From positions 85,988-149,987 of the forward strand of contig CAZDQS010000003.1 of assembly GCA_964507855.1 (NCBI GenBank): a stretch of DNA of 64,000 nucleotides. Direction: 5' to 3'. Positions within the stretch are counted from its first letter, which is position 1, and every line of letters begins with the position of its first letter. Below are positions 1 through 9,298 of this stretch, one piece after another. Position numbers and translations under genes: made by a program. This DNA comes from an uncultured Candidatus Saccharibacteria bacterium (GTDB lineage Bacteria; Patescibacteriota; Saccharimonadia; Saccharimonadales; CAZDQS01). Under the pieces are notes generated by a model. The model had not been told where the DNA came from. It worked only from the letters and a program-made list of their open reading frames with translations, and made no database searches.

Positions 1-825
1 TTCGCAACATCAGGTTGGTTCCTGCATGCCGCTCGGCATGCAACTCCGGACATTATGTTCGCGACGCTTGTTTTGTTGCTACTCGCAGGCATTGTTCTGA
101 GGGCGGAATATCGCAAGCCTTGGCTGCTGGCAGCCTGTATGCTGGTCCTGATAACGCTCCTGTACGTACCTGGCATGGTGTGGCTCATAGCCGCCGGATT
201 TATCTGGCAGCGCCGCACGCTGGTTCGGGAAATGAACGACACCCCATTCTGGAGTGGCGTATTCGGCGGTCTTGCATTGCTGTTCGTGCTGCCGCTCGTG
301 TGGGCTTTCATCCAGGACAGGACACTTTTGCTCACATGGCTCGGCCTACCGCAAGCCGTGCCATCCATTGCTGATGTCGGACAAAACCTTATTAATATTC
401 CACGCAGTTTCTTCTTTGCTGGTTTGCCAGACCATGACAAATGGCTACCGGGAACCCCGCTCATAAATGCCTTTGTTGCCGCCATGTTCATCTTGGGAGC
501 ATATGCCGCCACGAAACAGTGGAAGCTCGATCGTATACGATCTATCGCAGCGGTATTTGCACTCGGTATCATAAGCATCTCTTTGGGCGGACCCGTCAGC
601 TATACACTATTCGTACCGTTTGTGTATCTGATTGTCACAGTTGGAATAGCAGATATGCTTGAGCGCTGGCTGGAAGTCTTTCCGCGCAACCCGTTCGCGA
701 GGAACCTTGGTATCGTCCTTATGGCAGGTGTCGTCGGCCTCACAGTGTATTACCAGCTCACGCATTATTTCGTGGCATGGCCGAATACGCCAGAAACCAA
801 AGACACGTTCTCTGTAAGACTTTGA
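1..825 (+). CDS. polytopic membrane protein, C-terminal portion (start lies left of window); possibly GT-C/PMT_2-type glycosyltransferase
   Basis: Frame 1 is open from nt 1 to the stop at 823-825, and track ORF 55..825 is its tail. It has >=5 hydrophobic segments (FATLVLLLLAGIVL, LLAACMLVLITLLYV, GGLALLFVLPLVWAF, AVFALGIISISLGG, LGIVLMAGVVGLTVYY). Family assignment is by general resemblance only. Confidence 0.55.
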   Translation, partial: FATSGWFLHAARHATPDIMFATLVLLLLAGIVLRAEYRKPWLLAACMLVLITLLYVPGMVWLIAAGFIWQRRTLVREMNDTPFWSGVFGGLALLFVLPLVWAFIQDRTLLLTWLGLPQAVPSIADVGQNLINIPRSFFFAGLPDHDKWLPGTPLINAFVAAMFILGAYAATKQWKLDRIRSIAAVFALGIISISLGGPVSYTLFVPFVYLIVTVGIADMLERWLEVFPRNPFARNLGIVLMAGVVGLTVYYQLTHYFVAWPNTPETKDTFSVRL

Positions 826-860
826 TAAAATACGTAAGTAACAGGTAAGGGAGTTATTCA

Positions 861-1154
861 ATGAGTAGGTTTGACCAAGCGAAAATGCTGATGAAGGTAA
901 AGAAGCTGCAAAAAGAGCTTCAGAAGCAAGTTATCACTGTTGAAAAGGGCGACGGCGCTGTAAAAGTTGAGATAACGGGCGAGCAGAAGATTAAGAAAGT
1001 CCACATCGATCCTGATTTTGTTGACCTCGATGATATTGGCCAGCTTGAGCGCTGGATCGAAGAAGCGGTCAAAGAAGCAATCCAGACCAGCCAGAAGTTG
1101 GCTGCCGAAAAGATGCAGCCAATGATGGGCATGCTCGGCAATCTCGGCCTGTAA
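861..1154 (+). CDS. ybaB: YbaB/EbfC family nucleoid-associated protein
   Basis: 97 aa with KVKKLQKELQK...AVKVEITGEQKIKKVHIDPDFV, typical of YbaB. SD AAGGGAG lies 7 nt upstream. It is followed directly by recR, a conserved pairing. Confidence 0.9.
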   Translation: MSRFDQAKMLMKVKKLQKELQKQVITVEKGDGAVKVEITGEQKIKKVHIDPDFVDLDDIGQLERWIEEAVKEAIQTSQKLAAEKMQPMMGMLGNLGL

Positions 1155-1163
1155 GGATTCGTC

Positions 1164-1772
1164 GTGCATATTCTACCCCCGGCGTTAGAGGACGTTATAG
1201 AGGCACTCGGTTCGCTGCCTGGCGTCGGCCCGCGCACAGCCGAACGGTATGCGTACTATCTCCTGAAAACCGATCCCGCCAAAGCCAAGAAAATTGCCGA
1301 ATCCCTGGACAAACTCCATGACGGTATAAATTTCTGTAAAAAGACGTTTGCCTTAGTAGAGAAGGGTAAGGAGCTTTCCGATCTTTACACCGATCCGTCA
1401 CGTGACAAACGGCTCGTGGCCGTGGTCGCGGAACCGCTCGACATTGTCGCCCTGGAGAAAACCGGCCAATACAAAGGCACATATCATGTGCTCGGCGGCC
1501 TTGTTTCGCCGATAGACGGCATTGGCCCCGAGCAATTGCACATCCAGGAATTAATCCAACGCATTGATGATGATAAGGTAAAGGAAGTCATCCTTGCCAC
1601 CAACGCCAGCGTGGAAGGCGAATCAACTGCCCTGTATATTCAGCAGCAAATAGGTGACCGTAAGGTGAAGATAACTCGGCTTGCCCGCGGCCTGCCAATT
1701 GGCGTCGACCTGGAGTACGCCGACCAAATCACGCTCAGCCGTGCGCTCGAAGGCCGCACCACACTCTCTTAA
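1164..1772 (+). CDS. recR: recombination protein RecR (variant lacking the Cys4 zinc finger)
   Basis: 202 aa with a GTG start. HhH motif 'LPGVGPRTAERYAYYLL', Toprim 'VILATNASVEGESTALYI' and 'RLARGLPIGVDLEYAD' are present. Only one Cys remains where CxxC..CxxC normally sits. Confidence 0.92.
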   Translation: MHILPPALEDVIEALGSLPGVGPRTAERYAYYLLKTDPAKAKKIAESLDKLHDGINFCKKTFALVEKGKELSDLYTDPSRDKRLVAVVAEPLDIVALEKTGQYKGTYHVLGGLVSPIDGIGPEQLHIQELIQRIDDDKVKEVILATNASVEGESTALYIQQQIGDRKVKITRLARGLPIGVDLEYADQITLSRALEGRTTLS

Positions 1773-1826
1773 GCCTTACCTGGCTTTGATGTAAACACTC
1801 TCGCTACCTGATACACTAGTACCAAT

Positions 1827-2834
1827 ATGACAGCTACCAAAGACATCCAGAAGCTCATTGACGGAGCCCAAACCATTGTTATTATCCAGGCCGACAATCC
1901 CGACGGGGACAGCCTGGCCAGCAGCCTTGCGCTCGAAGAAATACTCGGCGACATGGGCAAAACAACACACCTCTACTGCGGTGTTGATATACCCGACTAC
2001 CTGAAGCACATCCAGGGCTGGGACCGCGTAAACAAAGATATCCCGTCACAATTTGACCTCAGCATCATCGTCGATACGAGCGCCATAATTTTGCTAGAGA
2101 AACTAGAAGAAAGCCCGTACCGTGCCTGGGTCGCCTCGCGACCGGTCATAGTCATCGACCACCACAGCGACGTGGCTTGCGACATACCGTATGCCACGCT
2201 TGTCCATAACGACAACGATGCCGTTGCAACCGGTGAGGCCATCTACAAACTAGCCACTACCCTCGACTGGCCGCTCAACACACAAGCCAAGACCCATATC
2301 GCCAGTTCAATTTTGTCAGATTCACTCGGACTGGCAAGTGAAGGTACAACTCCCCAAACCTATCGGATTATGGCGGACCTGATTGAAGGTGGTGTTAACC
2401 GGCCAATGCTCGAGGAGGCCCGCCGCGCTATCAACAAAATGCCCGAATCCATATTCCGCTATAAAGCTCGGCTCATAGAGCGGACAGAACTCTACGCCGA
2501 CAACCAGCTCGCTGTTGTGAGCGTACCGCACGACGAGCTAATGGAATACAGTCCGCTCTACAATCCCGCACCGCTCATTCAAACTGATATGCTACAGACA
2601 GAAGGTGTTTTGGTCGCGATTGTGCTAAAGCACTACAAGGACGGCAAAGTAACCGGCTCTATCCGCTGCAATAGCGGCGCAAACATCGCCGCCGAGCTTG
2701 CCGCGTCCTTTGGGGGCGGCGGGCATCCGTATGCTGCCGGATTCAAGGTTACGGATGGGCGGCAGTTTAATGAAATTAAATCAGAGTGTATCACCAAAGC
2801 AACCGAACTACTGCAAACCAATGACAGGAATTAA
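1827..2834 (+). CDS. DHH/DHHA1 family phosphoesterase (NrnA-like oligoribonuclease/pAp phosphatase)
   Basis: 335 aa with 'NPDGDSLAS', the DHH motif in 'VIVIDHHSD', and DHHA1 'GGGGHPYAAGF'. Confidence 0.85.
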   Translation: MTATKDIQKLIDGAQTIVIIQADNPDGDSLASSLALEEILGDMGKTTHLYCGVDIPDYLKHIQGWDRVNKDIPSQFDLSIIVDTSAIILLEKLEESPYRAWVASRPVIVIDHHSDVACDIPYATLVHNDNDAVATGEAIYKLATTLDWPLNTQAKTHIASSILSDSLGLASEGTTPQTYRIMADLIEGGVNRPMLEEARRAINKMPESIFRYKARLIERTELYADNQLAVVSVPHDELMEYSPLYNPAPLIQTDMLQTEGVLVAIVLKHYKDGKVTGSIRCNSGANIAAELAASFGGGGHPYAAGFKVTDGRQFNEIKSECITKATELLQTNDRN

Positions 2835-4245
2835 TACTGTGAATATCTACAACACACTCACCAAGAAAGTCGAACCCTTTCAGCCCCTCAAAGACAAAGT
2901 AGCCAGCATATACTCCTGTGGTCCGACGGTATACGATCACATCCACATCGGCAACCTCAGTGCGTTTATCATGGCCGATACACTGCGCCGCGCCCTTACG
3001 GCACACGGATATAGCGTCAAGCACGTCATGAACTATACCGATGTCGACGACAAAACCATCCGCCGTAGCCGTGAAAACTATCCGGATCTGTCACCCGAAG
3101 AAGCACTGCAGAAACTTACCCGACACTACGAAACCATCTTCCTCGCCGACATGGAGGCTATCGGCAACGATACTGCCAGCGTGACGTTCGTGCGGGCCAC
3201 AGAGCACATCGCCGACATGCAGGCACTCATCACCAAGCTCTACAAAGACGGCTTCGCGTATATTGCCGACGACGGCGTGTATTTTTCTATTGAGAAGTAC
3301 CGAGCTAGCGGCAAAACCTACGGTCAACTCGTAGAGCTCAGCGAAGAAAGTGTTGCCTCAGCACGGATCGATAACGACGAATACGACAAAGCCTCACCGC
3401 ATGATTTCGCACTCTGGAAGACACGCAAGGACAATGAGCCGGCATGGGATTTTGAACTCGACGGGCACAATCTCCTCGGCCGGCCTGGCTGGCACATCGA
3501 ATGTTCGGCTATGAGCAAGTCCGCGTTCGGCCAGCCGTTTGACATCCACACTGGCGGCGTTGACCTCATGTTCCCGCACCACGAGAACGAAATCGCCCAA
3601 AGCACTGCCGGCGAAGACGAGGTGTTCGCACGCTACTTCGTGCACAATGAACACTTACTCGTCGAAGGCCGCAAGATGAGCAAATCACTGGGCAATTTCT
3701 TCACGCTGCGCGAAATCCAGGAGCACGGATACGACCCATTGGCCTTCCGCATGATGATGCTGCAGTCCCACTATCGAAGCCAGAGCAACTTCACCTGGGA
3801 AGCACTCCAGGCTGCCAACAACAGACTGTCCGCGCTCAAGCGGATGGCAGAAAACTGCTGGCAAGCCACTGATACCGGCAAAGCTGCCAACGCCGAGATA
3901 GACGACACCAAGCAACATATCTTGAATGCACTCGCCGATGACTTGAATACGCCCATTGCGCTGGCTGAGCTGAGTAAGCTCGAGAACGCTATTGATACAG
4001 ATGGCCTGCACATTGACGCCCGTGAATCATTTACTAGCTTCCTTGCGTGGCTTGATGGTGTCTTTGGCCTGAAGCTTGCCAAGATCGACGACATAACCCC
4101 CGATCAGAAATTACTACTGACGGAGCGCGCAGCTGCACGAGAGGCTAAAGACTGGGCCATGTCGGATGAGCTAAGGAGCAAGCTTGCAAAAGAGGGCATA
4201 GAAGTCCGCGACAGCTCCCACGGCCAAATCTGGCACAAATTATAA
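2821..4245 (+). CDS. cysS: cysteine--tRNA ligase
   Basis: ATG 2821 ([12 protein letters not shown]...) was chosen within the longer track ORF 2698..4245. Class I motifs 'HIGN' and 'KMSKS' are present. It overlaps the upstream gene by 14 nt. Confidence 0.92.
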   Translation: MTGINTVNIYNTLTKKVEPFQPLKDKVASIYSCGPTVYDHIHIGNLSAFIMADTLRRALTAHGYSVKHVMNYTDVDDKTIRRSRENYPDLSPEEALQKLTRHYETIFLADMEAIGNDTASVTFVRATEHIADMQALITKLYKDGFAYIADDGVYFSIEKYRASGKTYGQLVELSEESVASARIDNDEYDKASPHDFALWKTRKDNEPAWDFELDGHNLLGRPGWHIECSAMSKSAFGQPFDIHTGGVDLMFPHHENEIAQSTAGEDEVFARYFVHNEHLLVEGRKMSKSLGNFFTLREIQEHGYDPLAFRMMMLQSHYRSQSNFTWEALQAANNRLSALKRMAENCWQATDTGKAANAEIDDTKQHILNALADDLNTPIALAELSKLENAIDTDGLHIDARESFTSFLAWLDGVFGLKLAKIDDITPDQKLLLTERAAAREAKDWAMSDELRSKLAKEGIEVRDSSHGQIWHKL

Positions 4246-4262
4246 GATATTTTATCGTACTA

Positions 4263-4313
4263 TTGCTTTTTTTAGTATTTGTGTTATAATTTAATTGTCA
4301 TCACCTGATGACA
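4263..4313 (+). promoter_or_regulatory. sigma70-like promoter with extended -10, followed by a perfect palindromic operator candidate
   Basis: TTGCTT (4263-4268), then 16 nt, then TGtTATAAT (4282-4290). A perfect inverted repeat TGTCATCA-cc-TGATGACA follows at 4296-4313. SD AAGGAG at 4350-4355 precedes GTG 4361. Confidence 0.55.
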
Positions 4314-4360
4314 TCAACGGAGTGTGGCCCATATCAGGGCTTGAGCCTTAAGGAGCATAC

Positions 4361-4708
4361 GTGCAAACGATTCGGGCTTCATGTCCCGATTGCGGAGACG
4401 TGGAGCTTACCAATTATCACGTCACTGTCCGCGTCAACGCTGAGAGCCATGAGAGTAGTTACTGCTTTCTGTGCCCAGGATGTAAAATGCGGGTAGTGAA
4501 GCCGGCTGGACAGAGGATCGTTGATCTCCTTGTCGGCTCTGGGGTTAAGCTTGAGACGTGGAGGTACCCGGCCGAACTGGCTGAACCGCACGAAGGCGAA
4601 CCCATCGACTATGACGACCTGCTTGAATTCCACGAGTTGATCAGGGATGCCGACGTGATGCAGCTGATCGAGGAAGTGCTGGCCGAGCAAGGAGAAGCAG
4701 AACATTGA
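4361..4708 (+). CDS. small zinc-ribbon protein (CxxC..CxxC) with acidic C-terminal tail, function unknown
   Basis: 115 aa with a GTG start and a good SD. It has 'CPDCG' and 'CPGCK' pairs. It has its own promoter and a strong downstream hairpin. Confidence 0.6.
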   Translation: MQTIRASCPDCGDVELTNYHVTVRVNAESHESSYCFLCPGCKMRVVKPAGQRIVDLLVGSGVKLETWRYPAELAEPHEGEPIDYDDLLEFHELIRDADVMQLIEEVLAEQGEAEH

Positions 4709-4799
4709 GGGCGACAGGAAGCGGTTGTGCCTGAAAAGCACAACAATGCCAATCTGGCACAACCGCCTCCGCCCGCAAGCTTCACCCACACTCCGTTAT

Positions 4800-4851
4800 C
4801 TTCCTCATCAACCGACAGGCATAGTAATCAGGCAATCGGTTGATGAGGAAG
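4800..4851. terminator. 16-bp stem hairpin between convergent genes (bidirectional terminator candidate)
   Basis: cTTCCTCATCAACCGA (4800-4815) pairs with TCGGTTGATGAGGAAg (4836-4851) around a 20-nt loop. It lies between the 4361..4708(+) and 4858..5934(-) genes. Confidence 0.6.
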
Positions 4852-4857
4852 TTATTG

Positions 4858-5934
4858 TTAGGCTTTTGAAGAACTCAGCTGGTTGTAGCGGTCTTCCAAG
4901 AGTATTTTGATGCAGCTTGCGGCCGGGATGGCAACGAACGCGCCCAAGATACCGCCGAAGTTGATACCGACCAAAGCTGCTATAAACACGAGCAGGGGAG
5001 TAAGCTCACTCTTCCGCGACTGGATAATCGGCTGTATGGTCACATTCTCAATCTGCTGGTACACAAGGAAGAAAATTGCCATAGTGATTGCCAGCGGCAC
5101 CGACACGAACAAGCAGGCCAGTACAACGATAGCCGCGCCCAAGGTGTTTCCAAACATTGGTATGAGACCCGTCAAAGCAACGATACCCGCAAGCGCCACC
5201 GCATTGACTGAAACATTGTAGACAGAGCTTGCTATAAACAATGCTACCAGCGCAAAGAACGCGCCGATGAGCGCTATGAGCAGCTGTCCATTCACATAGG
5301 CAGTGACGGCCAGGTACATCTTCCTCACAAGCTTCCTGTTCCGTTCCCGGTTCTCCTCAGGATGCAGCTCCCAGATTCGCTTGAGCCATCCCGGACCTTC
5401 TACCAGCATCATAAACGTCAGCACCAGTACAGTTACGATAGAGATAAGCGCACTACCGATTCTCGTGGCGGTATTGAACAACTGGCCCCGCATTTCTGGC
5501 AGTCTGCTGGCAACATCACGACTGAGATTATTGACCTGGTCTTCCAAATCATACCGGCGCACAAAGTTACCAACAGCCGAATCCTGGACGGTCAATTCTC
5601 GAAGCGTGGCCGGAATCTCACTGACAAAATCAACGGTCTGTCGCACCAATGGTGGGATAACCAGCGAAAAGAACGCGATAAGGAAAGCGATAACAATCAG
5701 ATACGCGATGCCCGTCGCCAACACGCGGTTGCCCTTCCTGAGGCGCCGTGATATCCAGCTGACCGCTGGATTAAGTGCAATTGCCAAGAAAAACGCCGTC
5801 GCGATCAACACCAATACATCGGCAATCATATTCAGAAACCTGAGCGCAAACAGCGTTGCAATAATCAAAAGGATGACCTTCACAACCGTCCTGTTACTTA
5901 CTGTTAGCTCAACTTTTGGTTTCAAGATGCTCAT
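4858..5934 (-). CDS. AI-2E family transporter (PerM/UPF0118)
   Basis: 358 aa with about 8 TM segments. The N-terminus 'VVKVILLIIATLFALRFLNMIADVLVLIATAFFLAIALNPAVSWISRRL' and the overall layout are typical of the family. Confidence 0.8.
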   Translation of the reverse strand: MSILKPKVELTVSNRTVVKVILLIIATLFALRFLNMIADVLVLIATAFFLAIALNPAVSWISRRLRKGNRVLATGIAYLIVIAFLIAFFSLVIPPLVRQTVDFVSEIPATLRELTVQDSAVGNFVRRYDLEDQVNNLSRDVASRLPEMRGQLFNTATRIGSALISIVTVLVLTFMMLVEGPGWLKRIWELHPEENRERNRKLVRKMYLAVTAYVNGQLLIALIGAFFALVALFIASSVYNVSVNAVALAGIVALTGLIPMFGNTLGAAIVVLACLFVSVPLAITMAIFFLVYQQIENVTIQPIIQSRKSELTPLLVFIAALVGINFGGILGAFVAIPAASCIKILLEDRYNQLSSSKA

Positions 5935-5974
5935 ACTTGAGCCTTATTATTGTCGTAAAGCGTTTATTTTGCAA

Positions 5975-7111
5975 TCATTTGCTGTTCTGTCTCCGGGCAA
6001 TCGCTTGGCGGTAGGTTGCAAGTAACGCCTGCCCGACAGTCCGCGCGTCATACTTATCAACTTGCTTCTGCTGCCAATTATACGCGCGCTTCCGGGCCCG
6101 GCCATTGGTGAGAAAGTGTTTCAGCTTTTTCGCAAAAGCCTCAACATCGTGCGGGTTTACCAATAGCTCCTCACGCCCAGCCAACACCGAGGCGTACCCG
6201 ACGTTATCTCCCGCCAGAACGACTTCAGCACCCGCTGCCATTGCCTCAACCAGCACAATCCCAAAGCTCTCGCCGCCCGTGCTGGGAAAAACAGCAATAT
6301 GCGCGCTTGCCAGCATATGTGGCTTGTCCTTTTCGCTGACAAAGCCAGCGAAGTACACAAATGACCCAAGGCGGTGTTTGCGTACATATTCTTTTAATTC
6401 AGGCTGCAAGGGCCCTTTGCCGCATATGATAATACGTACATTCATGAGTGGCTGCTTGGCGTGCAGGTATGCAACCGCCTCAAGCAAATGTTGACAGCCT
6501 TTGCGCTCCACCAGACGCCCCAGGAACACAACATTTATCTTGCCGTCGTCATACTTGGGCAGACGCCTGCCCGTCGCCAGGACACTTGTATTAACAGCGT
6601 TGGGAATTACTTTCGATTCAACCCGGAAACACTTTTCGGCACACAAGGCTGCCGGCTCAGACACACTGACAATTTCATCAAACAATGCCAGGTTCCGGCG
6701 CAGCCAGAATCCCAAAGCCCGCGACGCAAGCCGCTCGCGCCGTGAGTAGGGGACGATGTGGAACGTACCGATGATGGCCGTCGTCGGGGCAGCTAAACGG
6801 ACTAACCGCGCGGCAAACATGGGGCTGTGCGGCATCTGCACATGCAGGACGTCGAACTGCTCACGTTCAAGCAGCGCCGCTAACTTCTGCTTAGAGACCG
6901 GCAAAGGAATAGACATGCGGTTTTGGTTAAAGCGCACGTTGATGTTTTTGCTGAGGCTGTGCATGTGGGTGATGTCTGTGCGGCGGGATTCGCCCACAAG
7001 GTAATGCACCTCGTGACCCTGCTGCGACAACCATGTGCCGACAGTCAATATGTATTGCTGGACACCATCAGGCTTATCAAGAGAATCATCAAGTACGAAG
7101 CCGATTTTCAT
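5975..7111 (-). CDS. glycosyltransferase family 4 (GT-B, Glycos_transf_1)
   Basis: 378 aa starting 'MKIGFVLDDSLDKPDGVQQY', with 'FPSTGGESFGIVLVEAMAAG' (EX7E region). Confidence 0.85.
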   Translation of the reverse strand: MKIGFVLDDSLDKPDGVQQYILTVGTWLSQQGHEVHYLVGESRRTDITHMHSLSKNINVRFNQNRMSIPLPVSKQKLAALLEREQFDVLHVQMPHSPMFAARLVRLAAPTTAIIGTFHIVPYSRRERLASRALGFWLRRNLALFDEIVSVSEPAALCAEKCFRVESKVIPNAVNTSVLATGRRLPKYDDGKINVVFLGRLVERKGCQHLLEAVAYLHAKQPLMNVRIIICGKGPLQPELKEYVRKHRLGSFVYFAGFVSEKDKPHMLASAHIAVFPSTGGESFGIVLVEAMAAGAEVVLAGDNVGYASVLAGREELLVNPHDVEAFAKKLKHFLTNGRARKRAYNWQQKQVDKYDARTVGQALLATYRQAIARRQNSK

Positions 7112-7122
7112 AAAGACCTGTC

Positions 7123-8268
7123 CTATGCCGCTTTAGAGTTGGTTTTTTGTTTGCGGCGCTTTTTGCCAAGGCGCTGATACAGCTTCTCATACTGCGAAAC
7201 GATATTCTCATAACTGAATTGCTTGACGTATTCCTGTGCCCACGCCCGCCACATATCCCGCAACTCCTCATCAGTCAGCAGCAGTTCCAGTCGGCGGGCA
7301 AACTCTGTTTTGTCCTTTGGATTGACAATGGATATCGCGCCTTTATCCTTCATGACCGCGCAATAGCCCGGGTTGTTGCCTGCGACCGTCACGACGCCCC
7401 GCGCCATTGCCTCAAGCAGCACTATCCCGAAGCTCTCGCCATAAATCGCCGGCGAACAAAACAAATCGGCCTTCTCAAACCACGCCAGCTTTTCTGCGTC
7501 ATCAACAAACCCGGTGAACGTGACGTTCTTCAGACCCTCATTTTCACAGTACCACTCCAGCCTGTCGCGTTCAGGCCCGTCACCGACGATGACCAAACGC
7601 ACATCGGGGCATTGCTCCTGCAGGACCTTGTATGCCGCCAAGAGATAACGGACGCCTTTGCGCTTCTCCAGTCGCCCGACATACAGGATGGTCTTTTGCT
7701 CGTTTTGCGGCGGAGGCGCCGGGGTGTATTTTGCCAGGTCAATACCATTCGGGATTATGTGCACCTTCCGGCCAGTTCTGGCACGAACAAACTCGGCCGC
7801 GACATCAGACACGGCCGTCAGCTCGTCAAGCTTGCTGAAGATCGAACGCGAATAGGGAATCCTCAGCGCCTCAATCGTCTTCGCCATCGGCGTTTCCGGA
7901 TACATGGCATGGAATGTGGCGATGACCGGACACTGGGCCTTGGCGATAATCTGCGCGCCAAGCATCGGCACTTCCGGTTCGTGGATATGCAGTACATCAA
8001 AATTTTCTTCGGTCAGCACGTCGTCGATAGCGTCACGTGCGAGGTTGATGCCAAGCTCCAACGAGGTACTGATGGGCGTCTTGAGCATCGCTGAACTGCC
8101 CACATAAATCACATCGTCCTGCTGATGCCCGTTGTGCGTCAACGGCTTCGGCGTCAGGATGCGCACATCATAACCCCGCGACTTAAGCTCCGCCGCTTGC
8201 GCCAACACGTGCTCTTGGACGCCGCCACCTCGCGCAATATCATACGGACAAACTAGGCCGATTTTCAT
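7123..8268 (-). CDS. glycosyltransferase family 4 (PimA-like)
   Basis: 381 aa starting 'MKIGLVCPYDIARGGGVQEHV', with 'SPAIYGESFGIVLLEAMARG'. It lies in tandem with the previous GT4. Confidence 0.85.
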   Translation of the reverse strand: MKIGLVCPYDIARGGGVQEHVLAQAAELKSRGYDVRILTPKPLTHNGHQQDDVIYVGSSAMLKTPISTSLELGINLARDAIDDVLTEENFDVLHIHEPEVPMLGAQIIAKAQCPVIATFHAMYPETPMAKTIEALRIPYSRSIFSKLDELTAVSDVAAEFVRARTGRKVHIIPNGIDLAKYTPAPPPQNEQKTILYVGRLEKRKGVRYLLAAYKVLQEQCPDVRLVIVGDGPERDRLEWYCENEGLKNVTFTGFVDDAEKLAWFEKADLFCSPAIYGESFGIVLLEAMARGVVTVAGNNPGYCAVMKDKGAISIVNPKDKTEFARRLELLLTDEELRDMWRAWAQEYVKQFSYENIVSQYEKLYQRLGKKRRKQKTNSKAA

Positions 8269-8304
8269 CTTACCCCTAGTATACCATTTCAGAACTTGAG
8301 GCCG

Positions 8305-9234
8305 CTAACTCTTTGCCAGTATACGGCGCAGTTTCTGGGGAATAAGCGGCGCAGCGGTCTTCATATCCGCAATCACGCTCGGCGCATGTGTGTCCATCTT
8401 GGACTCGACTTCGTTAAACTCAGTGAAGACAACCCGCATGTGCTGTTCCACGACGCGGTTGTCAAAATATCTGTCGGCTTTCACGGATACATGCCACACC
8501 GGCAGATTGACTTGCTTCCTGCAGTTGTCCAACCGCAGGAACTCATTGGTAGTTTTCATGTAGGTACGCAGGTCGTTACAGTGCCAGAGATGCACTTCAA
8601 AATCCATAATTTCCTTGTGCTCATCACGGCGGACATTTTGGAATTTCTGCCGCGCATTGTGCGTTCTGCCATATACCAACCTGAGGATTGTCGGATGAAG
8701 ACAGACATTTTTAAAAAAGAGCGATGGCAGTTTATGCGAGAAGAAGGCCGCACCACCTCGATAGAACCAATACCGTGGCTTGCTGAACGTAAAGTCGCTT
8801 TTGTGCGCAAAGCCCACCACACTCACCAGCAGATCAACTTTCTTCGTCAGCTCCGGATAGCGCTGCAGCATACGTGTCGCAATGACAAATCCAAATGACA
8901 AGCCTGCGATACACACCTTCTTGCGGCGATAGCGCATTTTCACGAATGCCGCCAAGTAATCTGCCAGGTTATCGATAGTCGGCTCTTCGCCAATCTTATA
9001 AAACGGCTCCATGCCACCGAATCCCGGCAAGTCAGGCATCGTCACCGCGCCGTAACGGTTGAGGTCCTGTACCACGCCCCACCAGCGCTCAAGGCTCGAG
9101 TGGTGGCCATAGACGAACAAAATCTCCCGCTTCTTGTTCTTGGGCGCCGGGAGGTGAAGCATCCGGCCCTGAAGGCCGTTCATATTAAGTGGCATGATGT
9201 AATCTGCCACGTTCTTTTCCTTGCGTTTCGCCAT
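8305..9234 (-). CDS. alpha/beta hydrolase fold protein
   Basis: The start was moved to ATG 9234 (MAKRKEK...). 'ILFVYGHHSSLERW', 'MPDLPGFGG' and nucleophile-elbow-like 'IAGLSFG' are present. The longer track ORF (to 9555) runs through the divergent gene start. Confidence 0.72.
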   Translation of the reverse strand: MAKRKEKNVADYIMPLNMNGLQGRMLHLPAPKNKKREILFVYGHHSSLERWWGVVQDLNRYGAVTMPDLPGFGGMEPFYKIGEEPTIDNLADYLAAFVKMRYRRKKVCIAGLSFGFVIATRMLQRYPELTKKVDLLVSVVGFAHKSDFTFSKPRYWFYRGGAAFFSHKLPSLFFKNVCLHPTILRLVYGRTHNARQKFQNVRRDEHKEIMDFEVHLWHCNDLRTYMKTTNEFLRLDNCRKQVNLPVWHVSVKADRYFDNRVVEQHMRVVFTEFNEVESKMDTHAPSVIADMKTAAPLIPQKLRRILAKS

Positions 9235-9298
9235 ATCGTTATGAATAAGATACGACAATTTCAGGGAACCGACAAGTGTAACGTATACTAGTGAAGTC

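Noticed and set aside
2698-2820. The cysS track ORF has an upstream extension.
   Set aside because: The extension lies inside the 3' end of the DHH phosphoesterase gene in another frame, and CysS homology begins at [12 protein letters not shown] (ATG 2821).
7147-8094. A long 315-aa ORF lies antisense to the GT4 gene. Similar antisense ORFs occur at 5303..6025, 8296..8898, 23332..24105, 40423..41007 and 45339..46322.
   Set aside because: They sit entirely inside well-supported genes on the other strand. Their translations are Arg/Pro/His-rich with no motifs and no SD, which is typical of shadow ORFs in GC-rich coding DNA.
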